Part shown: positions 1-13,688 of the stretch, one piece after another
Position numbering within the stretch: the stretch's first letter is position 1
How the letters are laid out: every line of letters starts with the position of its first letter
DNA from: Octopus vulgaris
Lineage: Eukaryota
Direction: 5' to 3'
DNA length: 64,000 nucleotides
Assembly: GCA_951406725.2 (NCBI GenBank)
Contig: OX597835.1
Coordinates: 3,224,001 to 3,288,000, forward strand
The notes under the pieces: generated by a model
Told to the model about the DNA's origin: nothing
The model's input: the letters and a program-made list of their open reading frames with translations, nothing else
Database searches by the model: none
Made by a program: the position numbers and the translations under genes

Positions 1-255
1 TATTAATCAACAAGAGTTAAGGACTATGGTAATGTGTGTGTGTTTTACAGTTACATTTTATTAAATACACAGGCACACTTATATTAAACAATCCTAGTTT
101 AATGACTAATCTTTCTCTAAAAATATGTTCTGATGTGAGTGTGCAGGTATATACTCTAACGATTATCTGTACAGATTCTGAAAGCAATGCAAGTGTTAAT
201 TACAACTTCAATTGTTTTAAAAATAAACGCAAATAAAACAATCTTGACTGACTGA

Positions 256-324
<69 letters not shown>

Positions 325-370
325 GAGGGAGACAGAGTTAGACAAACAGGTGATAAGGAAGAAGAGACAC

Positions 371-406
<36 letters not shown>

Positions 407-825
407 TTCCAAACCCAATCACACATTTGAGAAGAAAAGAAGAGATAAACGTATCACAATGGCCTTGACATGAAACAATGCTGTCACTAAAATAAACATT
501 TTATTCATCGGATCACCCCCTACCCCACCACACGCAAACGATGTATGCGCTTGGCGTTTCGCCACAGATGAAAAGAAACGAGAAATAAAAGATTGTGATG
601 GCATATCTAAGTATATTCACATGAATCTATGCCTTCACCAGTGAAGACAGAAGGCACACACTGGAACATCTCCACGTTTGAAAATACTCAAAACCATCAT
701 CGGAATTGCCATATTTCCAAGACATCACAATCGTGATAGAACTTACAAAAAAAAAAAAAAAAAAAAAAGGATTTACTATTAGCTTAGGCCACCCACAAGG
801 ACAATGATGACCGCAATAACAATAA

Positions 826-2410
826 TGGTTCCAAATTTTGGCACAAAGCCAGTAAATTCGGGGAAGGACCTAAGTCAGTGACATGGACCTCAATAGGGGT
901 AACTGGCAATTATTTTACTGACCCCTGAAAGGATGACAGGCAAAATTAACCTAGTCAGGATTTGAACTCAGAATGTAAAGACAGACAGAATGCTGCTAGG
1001 CATTTTGCCTGGCGCCATGCTAACAGTTTGTGCCATCTCATCACCTTCTATAATAATAATAATAATAATAATAAGTTATATTTTGGAAGATGAGAAGAAA
1101 ACATTTCAAGTCTATCATAATACTCTTATTTGGTTAGATGAGGAAAGAAAGTCTGTAGATGAAACAAAATTAAGAAAAAGATGCTGAACGACTGATATTG
1201 TGATTGCTGTTGATGATGATGACGATGATGATGTATTTTATTGTTTTAATGTTTCGTTTTGGCTAATTATTGTAGGGGTGGAGGCAGTCGATTGAAACCC
1301 TACTCCAGTACTACATAAGGGTTTTAAATTTTGCCACAAGGGCAGTCACTTTGGAGAGGGGTCAAATCGATTACATCAACCCCCTCAGTGTTTCACTGGT
1401 ACTTAATTTATCAACCCAGAGAGGGTGAAAGGCAAAGTCCATCTCGGCGGAATTTGAACTCAGAACATAGCGAACGGTGAAATATCACAAAGCATTTCGT
1501 CCAGCATGCTAATGATTCTGCCAGCTCACCGTTTTAAATAATAATAATAATAATAATCGTTTCTGCTAAAAGCACATGGCCTGAAATTTTGGGGGAAGGG
1601 ACTAGTCAATTACATCGACCCCAGTATTTCACTGGTACTCGATTTATTGACACCAAAAGGATGGAAAGCAAAGTCAACTCACCACCTTAATAATGATGAT
1701 ACTAATAATACTACTAATAAAAACAGATTCAAAGTTTGGCAAAGCGTCAGCAGACTGAGGGGAGGGGTTAAGTCGATTACACTGACCCCAGTATTTGACT
1801 GGTATCTATTATACCAACCCCAAAAGGATGAAAGGCAGAGTTGAACTCGTTGGAATTTGAACTCACAACATAAAGATGGATGAAATGCCACAAGGCAATT
1901 TGTCCGACATGCCAATGGGTCGGCCAGCCCTCCACCTTCATAATAATAATAATAATAATAATAATCCTTTCTGCAATAGGCACAAGGCCTGAAATTTGGG
2001 GGGAGGGGGTCTAGTCAATTACATCAACCCTGGTACCCAACTGACACTTTATATCATAAACCCCAAAAAAGATGAAAAGGAAAGTCGACCTCAGCAGGAC
2101 TTGAACTCAGAACATAAAAATGGGGCTAAGTATTTTGTCTACGATACTGATGGCTCAACCAGCACCCACCATGATGATTATAATAATAATAATAATCCTT
2201 TCTACTGGAAGCACAAGGCCACAAATTTTGGGGAAGGAATTAAGTCGATTACATCGACCCCAGTGTGTAACTGGTACTTATTTAATCAACCCCCGAAAGG
2301 ATGAAAGGTAAAGTCGACCCTGGCAGAATTTGAACTCAGAATGTAGTGGCAGGCGAAATACCACTAAGCATTTCACCTGGCGTGCTAATGATTCTGCCAG
2401 CTCATCACCT
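826..2410 (-). mobile_element. Head-to-tail array of about 6-7 diverged tRNA-derived SINE copies (Nin/Deu-domain-like core)
   Basis: Recurring ~200-bp unit. On the minus strand it reads gagctggcagaatc..ttagca..ttctgagttcaaattc..gtcgactttgcctttcatcctttcggggt..aagtaccag..ggggtcgatgtaatcgac. Units are separated by (TAA)n tracts. The domain name comes from recalled consensus. Confidence 0.8.
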
Positions 2411-2426
2411 TAATAATAATAATAAT

Positions 2427-2620
2427 AGAAAGAGATTGAAATAGAATGCCCAGTGGAGCTCCTACAGAAAGTCTGACTTTTAGGGACAGCAAGGATTATC
2501 AGGAAGGTTCTAAGTATTTAAAAGACTACAATGAACTTTTGGATACCTAAGGTTACAAGTAGTAACCAGCTGTCCGCATAATTCCAACCAAGAATAAAGC
2601 CAAGCTGAGCCAAACCAAAA
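2427..2620 (+). mobile_element. Dong/R4-type LINE 3' remnant
   Basis: Follows (TAA)n. Translates as ELLQKV*LLGTARIIRKVLSI*, matching the C-termini of the larger copies (QKIVLTGTSHVLRRALSM and QKIALLGTAHILRRTLSIQ). Confidence 0.65.
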
Positions 2621-2991
2621 TAATAACGTTTTGGCCAAAATGGTTCTCTGGGAAGCTTAGAGTATTCTCTGGGATTAGAATATGGTATCTGAAGAATACA
2701 TTCAATATTTCTTCATCGTCATTGTCATCAACAAAGTAATCAATAATCCTGAACGTTTGGTTTCCACTGTATAAGCTGTTGCCAACTGACACTACAACCA
2801 ACACTGTCACCTGGGACCACTAATTACACCACCACACAAGCAACAGTGGTCAGAGTCATAACCACCTGTCTGCAATTCTACTGTTTATACAAAGCTTAAA
2901 AAGATAGTTTCAAATCTCGTTACTTAACAGTTTCAAACAAAAAAGGTTAAAGGCTAGACATGAAAAGGCCATGTGTGTGTGAGGAGAGAGG

Positions 2992-3022
<31 letters not shown>

Positions 3023-3306
3023 TGTGTGTGTGTGTGTGTGTTAACCATGCCCAAACCCTTCATATTTCCAAGGGGAGCTTGCACTACTGAAGCATACACC
3101 TTCATCAGGTATTTGGGGGAACACACACAAGCATACACGTGCCTAGCTGATGTTTGTAAAGTGTATTATGTGTGTATCTAAAATGTACACACAGATATTT
3201 CTTACACATTAATAAACGCAACTTGAGTGTATATGTGAGTCTACATATTGAGGACAGATAAATACAACATGCCCATAACCAAGCGTATGTAAACGTGTGT
3301 CTACAC

Positions 3307-3525
3307 CAGTGCTTTTCAAACTTTTTGCTGGAGCGGAACCCCAAGGAAACATTCCACTGGCTCGAGGAACCCCTGTGCAATAATTTAATTGTCTTATGCA
3401 CACATATCTGCACAGGAGACTTAAAAATTACAGCCGATTTTAGCAGTTTTGTAACTTCTTGCGGAACCCCTGCACTGTACTGGCAGAACCCTAAGGTTCC
3501 GTGGAACCCCGGTTGGAAACCACTG
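3307..3525. mobile_element. hAT-type MITE
   Basis: Termini CAGTGcttttcaaac ... gttggaaacCACTG, with an 8-bp near-perfect TSD (gtctacac 3299-3306 / gtctacat 3526-3533). Confidence 0.75.
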
Positions 3526-3988
3526 GTCTACATCGAGTACAAATATACATATGGGAGCCTGAATTCCCTCCACACATATACAGACACCAGAATATAACAG
3601 CTGAAAAATTCAGTATTGTACAATATTGTAAAATAAAATTTGTTAACAAGTTTGTGGTGCATAACAACAACAATCCACAGACCAGGAATTGCTCCAAGTA
3701 CACATGATTTATTAAGTTACAAGTTTGGTATACCATAAGACAAACAAACAGATAGACAAACAGACACACACACACACATATACAGACACACGCATATATT
3801 TTCAATACCAAGACATACATACATATATATATATATTCAAAAATAAGCAACAAGAATGATTCTGGAATCATTCTTGTTGCTTATTTTTGATTATAATCAC
3901 CCCGCAAATTTTTATGGGTAACACCATATAAAATTCTGGTGCATCTAAATCAAGTACCATATTCATTTGAATCTAAATTTTTGCTGAT

Positions 3989-4028
<40 letters not shown>

Positions 4029-4309
4029 AAATTTGTTTATGATAATGTTTCAACCATGCAAACAAAACTCCCATTCCATTATGCCAGCCACCGTCTAATG
4101 ATGCTGACTGGTGAACCAGTTTTTGGGGTTGCATCAAGTTATACCAATATAATGTGGGATAACAATAACAATAATAATAATAATAATAATAATAATCCTA
4201 GGCTGGAATTTATAAACATTCAATGCATTGCATTAACTGTTGATAAATTAATAAATGCAATGTATCAAATGTTTATAAATTCCACCTTAGGACTGACTGG
4301 CATCCATGC

Positions 4310-4735
4310 TAGAGGAGCGCTAAGAGAGCCATCCGAGCGTGATCGTTGCCAGAGCAGCTGACTGGCTTCCGTGCTGGTGGCACGTAAAAAGCACCATTTG
4401 AGCGTGATCATTACCAGCGTTGCCTTACTGGCACATGAAAAAACATCCGAGCGAAGTCGTTGCCAGTGTCACTGGACTGGCTCCTGTGCAGGTGGCACAT
4501 AAAAAAACACCATTTGAGCGTGGCCATTGCCAGTACAGCCTGACTGGCCCTCGTGCCGGTGGCATGTAAAAGCACCTACTACACTCTCGGAGTGATTGGC
4601 GTTAGGAAGGACATCCAGCCGTAAAAACTCTGCCAGATCAGATTGGAGCCTGGTGCAGCCATCTGGTTCACCAGTCCTCAGTCAAATCGTCCAACCCATG
4701 CTAGCATGGAAAGCAGACGTTAAACGATGATGATT
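4310..4735 (+). mobile_element. SINE-like element with internal tandem subrepeats and (GAT)n tail
   Basis: Repeated ggtggcacgtaaaaagcaccat units, ending catggaaagcagacgttaaacgatgatgat. Homologous inverted copies at 5211-5600 and 9261-9580. Confidence 0.7.
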
Positions 4736-5210
4736 ATAATTATTATTATATATACACACACACACATTATCAATACCACATACTTAAATGTGTGTTGCTT
4801 AAACACCAGAAGCTGTGGGGGTTTTGTCTAGCAAAATCCCCTTCAAACTGAAAACCAACAACTCCTGGCATAAACAATTCATGTACGTTAAGTATGGGAC
4901 AGACATTGGTTATATTAAAGAGCTACTTAATTTGCATAATTTGATTTTATTCCACACAAACACACACACACACACATACATACAAATAGATAGACACATA
5001 CAGACATAACACGTGCGTGTGTGTGTGTGTGTATTACTGATTGTTGGTAATGTGCCAATTGAAAAAAAAAAATCACTAAATATTGAATTTAGTTTTATGA
5101 GAATAAAGCTGACAGTGAGATTGCCAATCAGTGACTTTGTCAGAATGGCAAAACCAACAAGCAATGAAACTTCAAAATCCTTATAGCGTTTACCTTACAC
5201 ACACACTATA

Positions 5211-5600
5211 TCATCATCATCATCATTTAACGTCCGTTTTCCACGCTAGCATAGGTTGGACAGTTTGACCGGGGTCTGGGAAGCCAGGAGGCTGCACCAA
5301 GCTCCAGTCTGATTTGGCAGTGTTTCTACAGTTGGATGTCCTTCCTAACGCCAACCACTCCGTGAGTGTAGTGGGTGCGTTTTAGGTGCCAGAGGAGGCT
5401 GGCAATGGCCATGTTCGGATGGTGCTTTTTACGTGCCACCGGCACGGGTATCGCAACTACAATTTCCATTTGATTTTTATTTTGATATTGATGCACTTGA
5501 CTCAATAGGTCTCCTTAAGCGTCGCCCTACAATCCAAGGTAAGCACAGTAGGCCGTCCTGCGATCTAAGGTACCTTGGATGGCTGGGGCTGCTATCATAT
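5211..5600 (-). mobile_element. SINE-like element, same family as 4310-4735
   Basis: catcatcatcatttaacgtccgttttccacgctagc...cttcctaacgccaaccactcc is the reverse complement of the 4.7-kb copy tail. Confidence 0.65.
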
Positions 5601-6788
5601 ATATATATATATATATAAAAACACACATATTATACTGATAAAATGCAACACACAATGACAATAAAGTAACGTGCATAAAACACGGGAAAACAGACACAAT
5701 GGACATGCTCAACCCCTCATCAGTTGTCGACCAAAAATCATCACAATTATGATACCATCAATAATATTGTTCAATTTGGCAGCGTCAGCAACATAAGCTT
5801 CTGGGGTATGAATGAGCAGACATGGAAGATGAATGCAAATAAGGGTAAAGAGGACAGGTACAAAAAAATGTGAATGGTTAAAAGGACGAGTTACGAGAAC
5901 AGCAAAAAATATATAAAACAAGAAGAAAGCTAAGACAGTAACAAAAAAATACGTAATAAACACAGACATTTGTATTCATAAAAGTCTGGGACAAACATAT
6001 ATAAAAGCTTATATATATATATACACACACACAGAGATTTACAAAACATACATTAATACAAATACGTATGCAGGTGTGTAATTTAAAAGAGGGTGAGATG
6101 CCAGTTAAAATATCATTCATGAAAATGTTTTGTTTTTTTTCTTTTTGTTCTTTTATCTTGTAGAAGTTGGGGAAAGTGAGATAGAAGTGGTGGAAGGAAA
6201 TATGGAGCAGATGTAACAGGAGGGGGGGGGAGAGGAAAAAAGATAAGGAAAAAAAAGAGTGCATTTTTGTTTTTTTACCAAAAAAAAAAAAAAAAAAATC
6301 AACATTTATCGACAGCTCAGGTAAGATATGGATGGTCGAACCGTCAAAGCAATTGATAAAATGTCGATCCTTCCATGAGAACACTTTTGGTTTCTGGGGG
6401 GGTTTTTTTTTCACATTTTTGTCACGTTTTTTTTTCTATTTTTTTTTAACTTCAATGTTTTTTTTTTTCAGGATTTTTTTTTTTTTCACTTATATTTTAT
6501 TCTTATATATTTTTATTTTATTTTTATTTTTGCTTTTTGAGCTGAAATTCTAATCAGCAATAAAGTACTTGCTCAAGCTAAGATGTTAACCCTACCCCAC
6601 CGTCACCCTGTCATTGCACTAATCCCCTCACCCGCTAAAAACACAACAAAAGAAAATGTATTTCCATTTTATCAGGGAGCTGTGAGGTAAGGTACAGACT
6701 AAGTTTCTCTCTATCAGCAGTACTAGTTGATATTTTTTTTTAGGGGGGGGGGGGTATTTTTACTTGTTTTTGAGACAAAAAGTAATTA

Positions 6789-8746
6789 TTAGGCTTCTGA
6801 CACAGAGATCACAGGGGTACCTGCTGTGTTGTGTGCCTGTTTCACATCGTCATTCACCCGATCTTCTTTGTCAGAAACAAGATTGGAACCAGATTCCTGT
6901 TCCAACTTGAATTCCTCCTGTTTGGCAGATGCCACTGCTTCAACTTCCTGCTGTTTTTGTAGAGAATCCTCATCAATAAGACTGGCCGGGACATTGTTGC
7001 TGACCGATGGCTTTGCTTCTGATTGTCCAGCTGTTGTTGCTTCTGTTGATGCCTCCACTTTAGAAACAGAGGTTTGGAAAAGTTCCGTTGCAGCACCAGA
7101 TTCCGTTTCAGTGCCACCGTCTTCAGTGTTATTGTTTTGGCTCACAACAGGCGACTCTTCCTCCTTATAGATAGATGACACTTTCTGGTGGCACATGGGA
7201 CAAGCATCCTTCACATAGAGCCACTTTCGCAGACAGAACCCGTGGAAGAAGTGGTTGCACTTGGTAATCCGAGCGACAGTCATCTCCTGGAAGCATATCG
7301 CACACACATCTCCATGCGTTTTCAACTGCTCCTGGCTGGCACATGGCATCGATTCCAGCATCTTGACAGCCTCCCGCCGTTGCAGGAAGCTCTTCCAGCC
7401 ACTCTGCAGTCGCTGCCAGACATTGAAGTAACAGTGAATGATGAGGATGGACGAGTTGATCCAGCTCCACACACCGAACAGCGTCTCCTTCAGTCCGTAA
7501 CACACAACAAAAACGGCAACGATGAACTCGAGAACACGAGTGGTCGACCGAGCGTAGTAGATGACGTCATCGAGCGACTCCCACGGCTCATTGCGTACGT
7601 AGTCATACATGAAGAGGACGTAGATAGCAAGGGAGCCGATGACCTGCACAGAGGTCAGCAAACAGCTGGAGATGATAACGAGCAACCAGAAGTCGAGGTC
7701 AAGGTACTGACAGATCATGTACGTCATGTAGAGAGGAAACATCCAGAGGAAAGTACACAGTACAACGGCCCTCAAATGTTTAAAGATGCTGCCATTCCGA
7801 GAAGCACTAAGAGTCAAGAGGATGGGGTCGGTCATCTCGTACATGGATTGAATCAAAGACGAAGCCACAATGAACAACAAGATACTCATAAGAAAGGCAC
7901 GCTGCAAGGGCCGTAGCTCTAAAAGACCAGTCTGCATTGCAATTAGCAGCATTGTGAAGCCCTCAGTCCATCCTCGCATTCCATCGTTGTCATGGCCAAT
8001 GGCATTCCAGCCTTGCAAGTAGAGTTTAGTGAGGGTCAGGATGTAGTAGGATGCATAAGAGATGGTGACACAGAGCGCAAACAGACTGACCGGTGTTGCA
8101 CAGCACTCGCCAATACTAGCCAAGACCATCACCAGCCAACCCTCCTGGATGATCGGGTTGTTTTCAGCACTCAGGTATATGTAGAGCTGTGTGCAAAACA
8201 GAACCATCCAGAACAAGAGAAGCTGTGTGGGTAACATTATTGTGTGCCACAGAGAGACAATTATCGGTAGCCAGCCTGTGGCATTTATTATTTGCCACAG
8301 ACGATTGATTTCCGATTTGACAAAATCCAAAGTGCAGCTGAGACTATTGAACAGGTGCAGAAGAATGACGGAAATAATGACAGTCGAAGCAACATTGTGG
8401 ACAGCGCTCAGGTGTTCGACAGGAACACCTGCCAGGTGGGCCAACACAGGTGTAGAGAATGCTAGAGTCAAGTATTTTGTCCAATTTTTAATGTCTAGCA
8501 GGTAGGCGATCAGGGCTCCTATGAGCCATTGGATGCAAAGATACAAGAGTAATTCTTGAATGCGAGCCGGGTTCTCACGCAAATCATTGAAAGGAGAATG
8601 GTCGAAGCCCAAGGTCTTCTCATCTTCGACGTAGGAAAAGGATACATGGTAACTTACTGTCAGGAGCAGCGCACTGACTAAGTACATGTAGAAGTTGACC
8701 AGTTTCTTCAGTGGTAACACAGCAAGTGTTATGGCCAAAATGAAAG
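6789..8746 (-). CDS. RNF145: RNF145 (TRC8/RNF139-family multi-pass RING-H2 E3 ubiquitin ligase), last coding exon
   Basis: Protein follows RNF145 motifs (SIGECCATP, RGWTEGFTMLLIAMQTGL, DFWLLVIISS, HCYFNVWQRLQSGWKSFLQRREAV) and has RING-H2 CAIC-x10-CNHFFHGFC-x10-CPMC. Acceptor tttttatttcAG at 8748-8747, phase 1. Confidence 0.93.
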
Positions 8747-9260
8747 CTGAAATAAAAAAAAAAAAAAAACATTAAAAATGTCGTAACGATATATGTATAT
8801 AGATATATAAACAAAGATATAGATATATGCACATAGATAGATATACATATACTGATATATATACAATAAAAAAAATTTAAAAAAAAAAGAAAAGACACAA
8901 GAAAAAACGTGAAGACGTGGTGAGTGCAAAGAATTAAAGGATGCTCACAGAAGGAAAGAAAGGTTGTTTACCATTTCGAAGAAAACTCTTCTTCAGAAAT
9001 AGGAGACAGAGGAAAGTCCAAGAGAAAGAGAATGAAAATAAAATAATAAAATTGCCAACAATCCACATGTAATGACAGACAGACAGGTAAATAGATATAG
9101 ACAAACAGACAGACAGATGGATATACATAGACTGACTGACAGACAGATGGAAAGAGAGATAGATATAAATGGACAGAGAGTGTGTGTGTGTGTGTGTTTG
9201 TGTTGTACAATATATTAGCAGAGAAAGTTTCAAGAGTTTTTCAAGAATGGATTCTGATCT

Positions 9261-9580
9261 CATCATCATCATCGTTTAGCGTCCGCTTTCCATGCTGGCA
9301 TGGGTTGGACGGTTCAACTGGGGTCTGGGAAGCCAGAAGGCTGCACCAGGCCCAGTCTGATCTGGCAATATTTCTACGGCTGGATGCCCTTCCTAACGCC
9401 AACCACTCCGTGAGTGTAGTGGGTGCTTTTTACGTGCCACCTGCACAGGTGCCACACAAGTCTGGCAAACGGCCATGGTCGGATGGTGCTTTATACGTGC
9501 CACTGGCACGGAAGCCAGGCGAGGCTGGCAAACGGCCACAATCGGATGGTGCTTTTTATGTGCCACCGGCACGGAAGCCA
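9261..9580 (-). mobile_element. SINE-like element (family of 4310-4735) in the RNF145 intron
   Basis: catcatcatcatcgtttagcgtccgctttccatgctggc..., with internal ggtgctttttacgtgcca repeats. Confidence 0.65.
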
Positions 9581-10078
9581 GTAACAAAATATATTAGATT
9601 CCGTTCTTAAACAAAGGAAAATCAACCCTTTCGCATTCAGTTCACTCTCTCAAATGTATTGCTAATTTATTCACGTCATTTTGAGTTAATTGCGTATTAT
9701 TTCGTAGCTTCAAGATTTTGACGACAGGTTCGTTTATTTTTAGAATAACATTGTAAGGTAGGTTTTGGAAGCTGAAACTGGTTGGTTTAAACATAAAACA
9801 AGGTAAAATACCCAGGACAAGTATGTCCAGAGACTGTATGAAGAGAGGAGGAGGAGATGTCATCATCAACCACTGCAACTGTTGTTTGGGGTCAATTTCA
9901 AGGCCCTCGGTGCCACAGGGTTTGCCTATCTCATAACGGTCTCAACAGTCAGATCCACTCCCACAAGGATGAATGTCTTGGATCAATGACGTCATCACCT
10001 TTGACGGGCCGTCATAAGCAGATGTCAAAGGGTTATAAAACAATTCATGTCAATAATCTGATTAATCTATTTACTTAC

Positions 10079-10274
10079 CTGCATAATAAATGAAATTGGC
10101 CACGAGGTGGACATCTTTGGCTCTAGTCCCCACTGGGACACTCTTCAGAGGGTCAGTACGAAAGCAGAGTTCTACAATGAATAGCGATGGGATCCGCAAC
10201 ACAACAGCTACTCCAGTCTCCAGCTGTTCCCGATGGATCTTGGACAGGAACCGAGTGATGCAAGATGGTGGCAT
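10079..10274 (-). CDS. RNF145: RNF145 first coding exon
   Basis: MPPSCITRFLSKIHREQLETGVAVVLRIPSLFIVELCFRTD matches the TRC8_N start (LEAVLNVALRVPS.. in vertebrate RNF145). Acceptor ttgaaatttAG 4 nt before the ATG; donor G|GTAAGT. The phase-1 join G+CT gives FIYYAAFILAITL; 196+1958 nt = 718 codons including stop. Confidence 0.9.
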
Positions 10275-10469
10275 CTTACTAAATTTCAAATGGAACAACA
10301 AGGACAGTGAAAGAACAGGTTAAAGAAAAACACCTTCTCATCATCATCATCATAAACACTAAATAGTCAACATACATAAGCTAATTAGTTACTCTCAGAT
10401 TAATTAGCGATAATGAATATTTTTGATGCAAAATACCAAATTTTCTAATGTAATTCTTTTATTTTCCAT

Positions 10470-10880
10470 CGTTTACTTGCTTCTGTGGCCATGTTGGAGC
10501 ATCACCTTGAGGAATTGTAGTCAATCTAATTGAAACCAGTACTCACTTTCTTGTTAAGTCTGGTATTTATTCTATCAGTCTCTTTTGCCCAAACTGCTAA
10601 GTTACAGGGACATGAACACACCAGCACCAAAACTGCTAAGTTACAGGGACATGAACACACCAACACCAGTTATCAAGCAATGGGGGGGGGATGGATAAAC
10701 ACTCACACATACGATGAGCTTCTTTCAGTTTCTGTCTACAAAATCCATTCAAAAGGCTTTGGTCGGCCCAGGGATATATAGTAGAAGACGCTTACCCAAA
10801 AATTCCACACGGTGGGACTGAACTTGGGACCATGTGATTGGAAAGCCAATTTCTTATCACACAGCCACACCTGTGCCAAT
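10470..10880 (-). mobile_element. tRNA-derived SINE (family A, CR1-type tail)
   Basis: Reverse complement of ggtgtggctgtgtg..catggtcccaagttcagtcccac..accaaagcc..gtagacagaaactgaaagaagc; same family as 26122-26545. Confidence 0.7.
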
Positions 10881-10911
10881 GTTAAGAATTTTGTTTGCTA
10901 CTACTTCATTT

Positions 10912-11170
10912 GTGGAGGCACGTGGCTTAGTGGTTAAGGTGTCAGCACCATGATCGTAAGATTGTGGTTTCGATTCCTGGACCGGGTGACGCGTTGTGTT
11001 CTTGAGCAAAACACTTCATTTCACGTTGCTCCAGTCCACTCATCTGGCAAAAATGAGTAACGCTATGATGGACTGGCGTCCCATCCAGCTGGGGAACACA
11101 TATGCCATAGAAACCAGGAAACCGGGCCCATGAGCCTGGCTAGGCTTTAAAAAGGGTGCATTTATTTTTT
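10912..11170 (+). mobile_element. tRNA-derived SINE (Meta-domain-like); related copy at 12283-12570
   Basis: A-box-like tggcttagtggtta and B-box-like gtttcgattcc, followed by a gatggactggcgtcccatccag core. No tRNA acceptor stem or CCA end. Confidence 0.65.
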
Positions 11171-11329
11171 ATTTTACTACTTCATTTAAGTTCAATCCCG
11201 ACGTAGTACCTTGGGCAAGTGTTTTCAACTGTAGCCAAATGGCTGGCCCATGCCAAACTAGTGGAATCAGCTGAACAGAAACTGTGCTGAAGCCTATTAG
11301 AAATCATCATCATCATTATTACTATTATT

Positions 11330-12010
11330 ATTATTAAGATTGCAAAACCATTAGCATGCCAAGTAAAATGTTTAGCAGCATTTAACCTGTCTTTACATTC
11401 TGAGTTCAACTTCTACCTCAGAGGTCAACTTTGCTTTCATCCTTTTGAGGTCAATGAAATAAGTACCAGTTAAGCACTGGGGTCAAATATAATCGACTAG
11501 CTCCCTCCACCAAAATTCCAGACCTTATGCCTTTAGTAGAAAGGATTATCATTATTATTATTATTACTACTACTAGTACTACTACTACTGAGCTGGTAGA
11601 ATCGTTAGCACACCAGGCAAAATGCTTAGCAGCATTTTTATGTTCTGAGTTCAAATTCCACCAAGGTCAACTTTGCTTTTCATCCTTTCAGGGCTGATAA
11701 AAAAAAAATAAGTACCAGATGAATACTGGGGTCGATGTAATCAACATACACACCCACCCAAAGTTGCTAGCCTTGAGCCAAAATTTGAAAGTGGTTATTA
11801 TTATTGAGCTGGCGGAAATGTCAGCATGATGGTCAAAACGCTTGGTCACATTTTGTCCATCTTTGTGTTCTGAGTTCAAATTCTGCTGAGGTCAGCTTTA
11901 CCTTTCAGGTGCCAATAAGTTGAGCACCAGTTGAACACGGGTTGATGTAATCGACCAGCCCCTATCCCCACAAAATTTCAGTCTTTGTCTCTATAATACA
12001 AAGGATTATT
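11330..12010 (+). mobile_element. Tandem array of three Nin/Deu-like SINEs
   Basis: Same unit as 826-2410 in the opposite orientation; each copy ends in (ATT)n. Confidence 0.75.
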
Positions 12011-13130
12011 ATTGTTGTTGTTGTTGTTGCTGTTCTATGTCAGCTTTTCCCCCTATGCTGCCAGAGCTTAGACAAGACTCTTTCAGGCAGACTTCCAAGG
12101 TTCGCTTCTCTTCTTGATGCTACTATTCTGCTTATGAAAGACATAAGTAAATAAAAAAAAAGTAACTATAGGGTACTCCAGCATGGCCACAGCCTCAAGG
12201 CTGAAACATATAAAAGAAGAAAGATTGCAGAAGTCATGAAAATGCAAAGCCATATGGAAACACACACACACAAACACACATTAGTGGTTAGAGCAGTGGA
12301 CTCGTGGTCAAAGGATCGCTGATTCGAATCTCAGACCGGGCGATGTGTGTGTTTATGAGTGAAAACACCTAAGCTTCACGCGGCTCCGGCAGAAGGTAAT
12401 GGCGAAACTTCTGCTGACTTTTTCACTACAACTTTCTCTCACTCTTTCCTCCTGTATCTTGCAGCTCACCTGCGACGGACTGGCATCCCGTCCAGGTGGG
12501 GAACCTATACGCCAAGAAACCGGAAAACCGGCCCTTATGAGCCAGGCATGGCTCGAGAAGAAACAAATAATAAATAAAGAAACAATCGTGTGTGTGTGTG
12601 TGTGTGCAATTCAGTTTGTAATTTAGGTTATGAAGTTTTAAATAATACAGCCAGTCTTACCATATCCTAGTTTTACTGTTATGCACTTAAAATATTTAAC
12701 CTAATTTTCAGTTCTAGTTTTTGATCAATGAAGGTCATCTCCTACAAACAAAATGTATGTCAAAAACTTATGATACATTGACTTAGAAACAATGTAAGCT
12801 ACCTGATCACACTGAGTCTGATCATTATCAGTTTTAACGTCCAATTTTCCATACTTACATGGGTCAGGCAGATTTTCTAGGCTCAGATACCCTCTTCTTG
12901 TTGCCAACCCTCACCCGTTTCCAAGTGAGGTTATATTTCCTCATGACCAGGCATATTTACATGGAAGTTTGGAGAGGAAGGACAATGCGTGCATGAGAGT
13001 AACATTCATTTACAGGTATCACACAAAATCAAGGTAAGCCTTCCAAGTGCCAACAACTTTACAGAATGTACTGGGTGCCTCCCCCCCCACCGCCATAACA
13101 CCAGCCGAAGAGAGGTGTCAAATTCTAAAC

Positions 13131-13476
13131 CAGGGATTCTCAACCATTTTTTTCTTATCTAAGGACCCCTCTGAAATACTACTTTATTTTGGTGGACCCC
13201 AACAAACAGCTATTCAATGATTAAAAACTAATTCCATAGAAACTTCTTTCGAAATCCCTATCTTATTTTCCTCACATTAACTTGTGCAAGTTGAACTATG
13301 TAAAATGTTAGAGAAAGAAACCTAGCTGCTTCTTTTAATACATACATCTAAAACAAAACTTTTTCAAGGGCCCTTAAAATATTGTGGGTCCCCAATTCAC
13401 CATTTTGTTGCATGGACCCCACCAAAATCTTATATGGAAGCTCCGGGGCCATAAGAACCTCAGTTGAGAATCACTG
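13131..13476. mobile_element. hAT-type MITE
   Basis: Termini cagggattctcaacc ... gttgagaatcactg. A related element lies at about 24526-24810. Confidence 0.6.
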
Positions 13477-13482
13477 CTTTAA

Positions 13483-13688
13483 CCCTTTCGTTACTGTATT
13501 TATTTTAAGATGCTCTGTGTTTCTTTCAATAATTTAAAATATAACAAAGAATTTAGTAAAATAACCTAGTGTTAGGAATATAAATTGCGACTAAGGTTTG
13601 GTGGTATATTTTGATGCAAAACTTATGAAAACAAGACATTTGTACTACAGAGCCAGAGCTGGTTTTGGCCGGGTTGGTAACGAAAGGG
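13483..13688. mobile_element. piggyBac-type MITE
   Basis: TTAA|ccctttcgttac ... gtaacgaaaggg|TTAA: perfect 12-bp TIR and TTAA TSD. A related copy lies at about 25430-25655. Confidence 0.8.

Noticed and set aside
7188-7916. 242-aa plus-strand ORF and neighbouring ORFs
   Set aside because: Antisense shadows of the RNF145 exon with no recognisable motifs.
10912-10985. tRNA-like sequences (also 12283 and 26122)
   Set aside because: SINE heads: they continue into SINE bodies and lack a complete cloverleaf.
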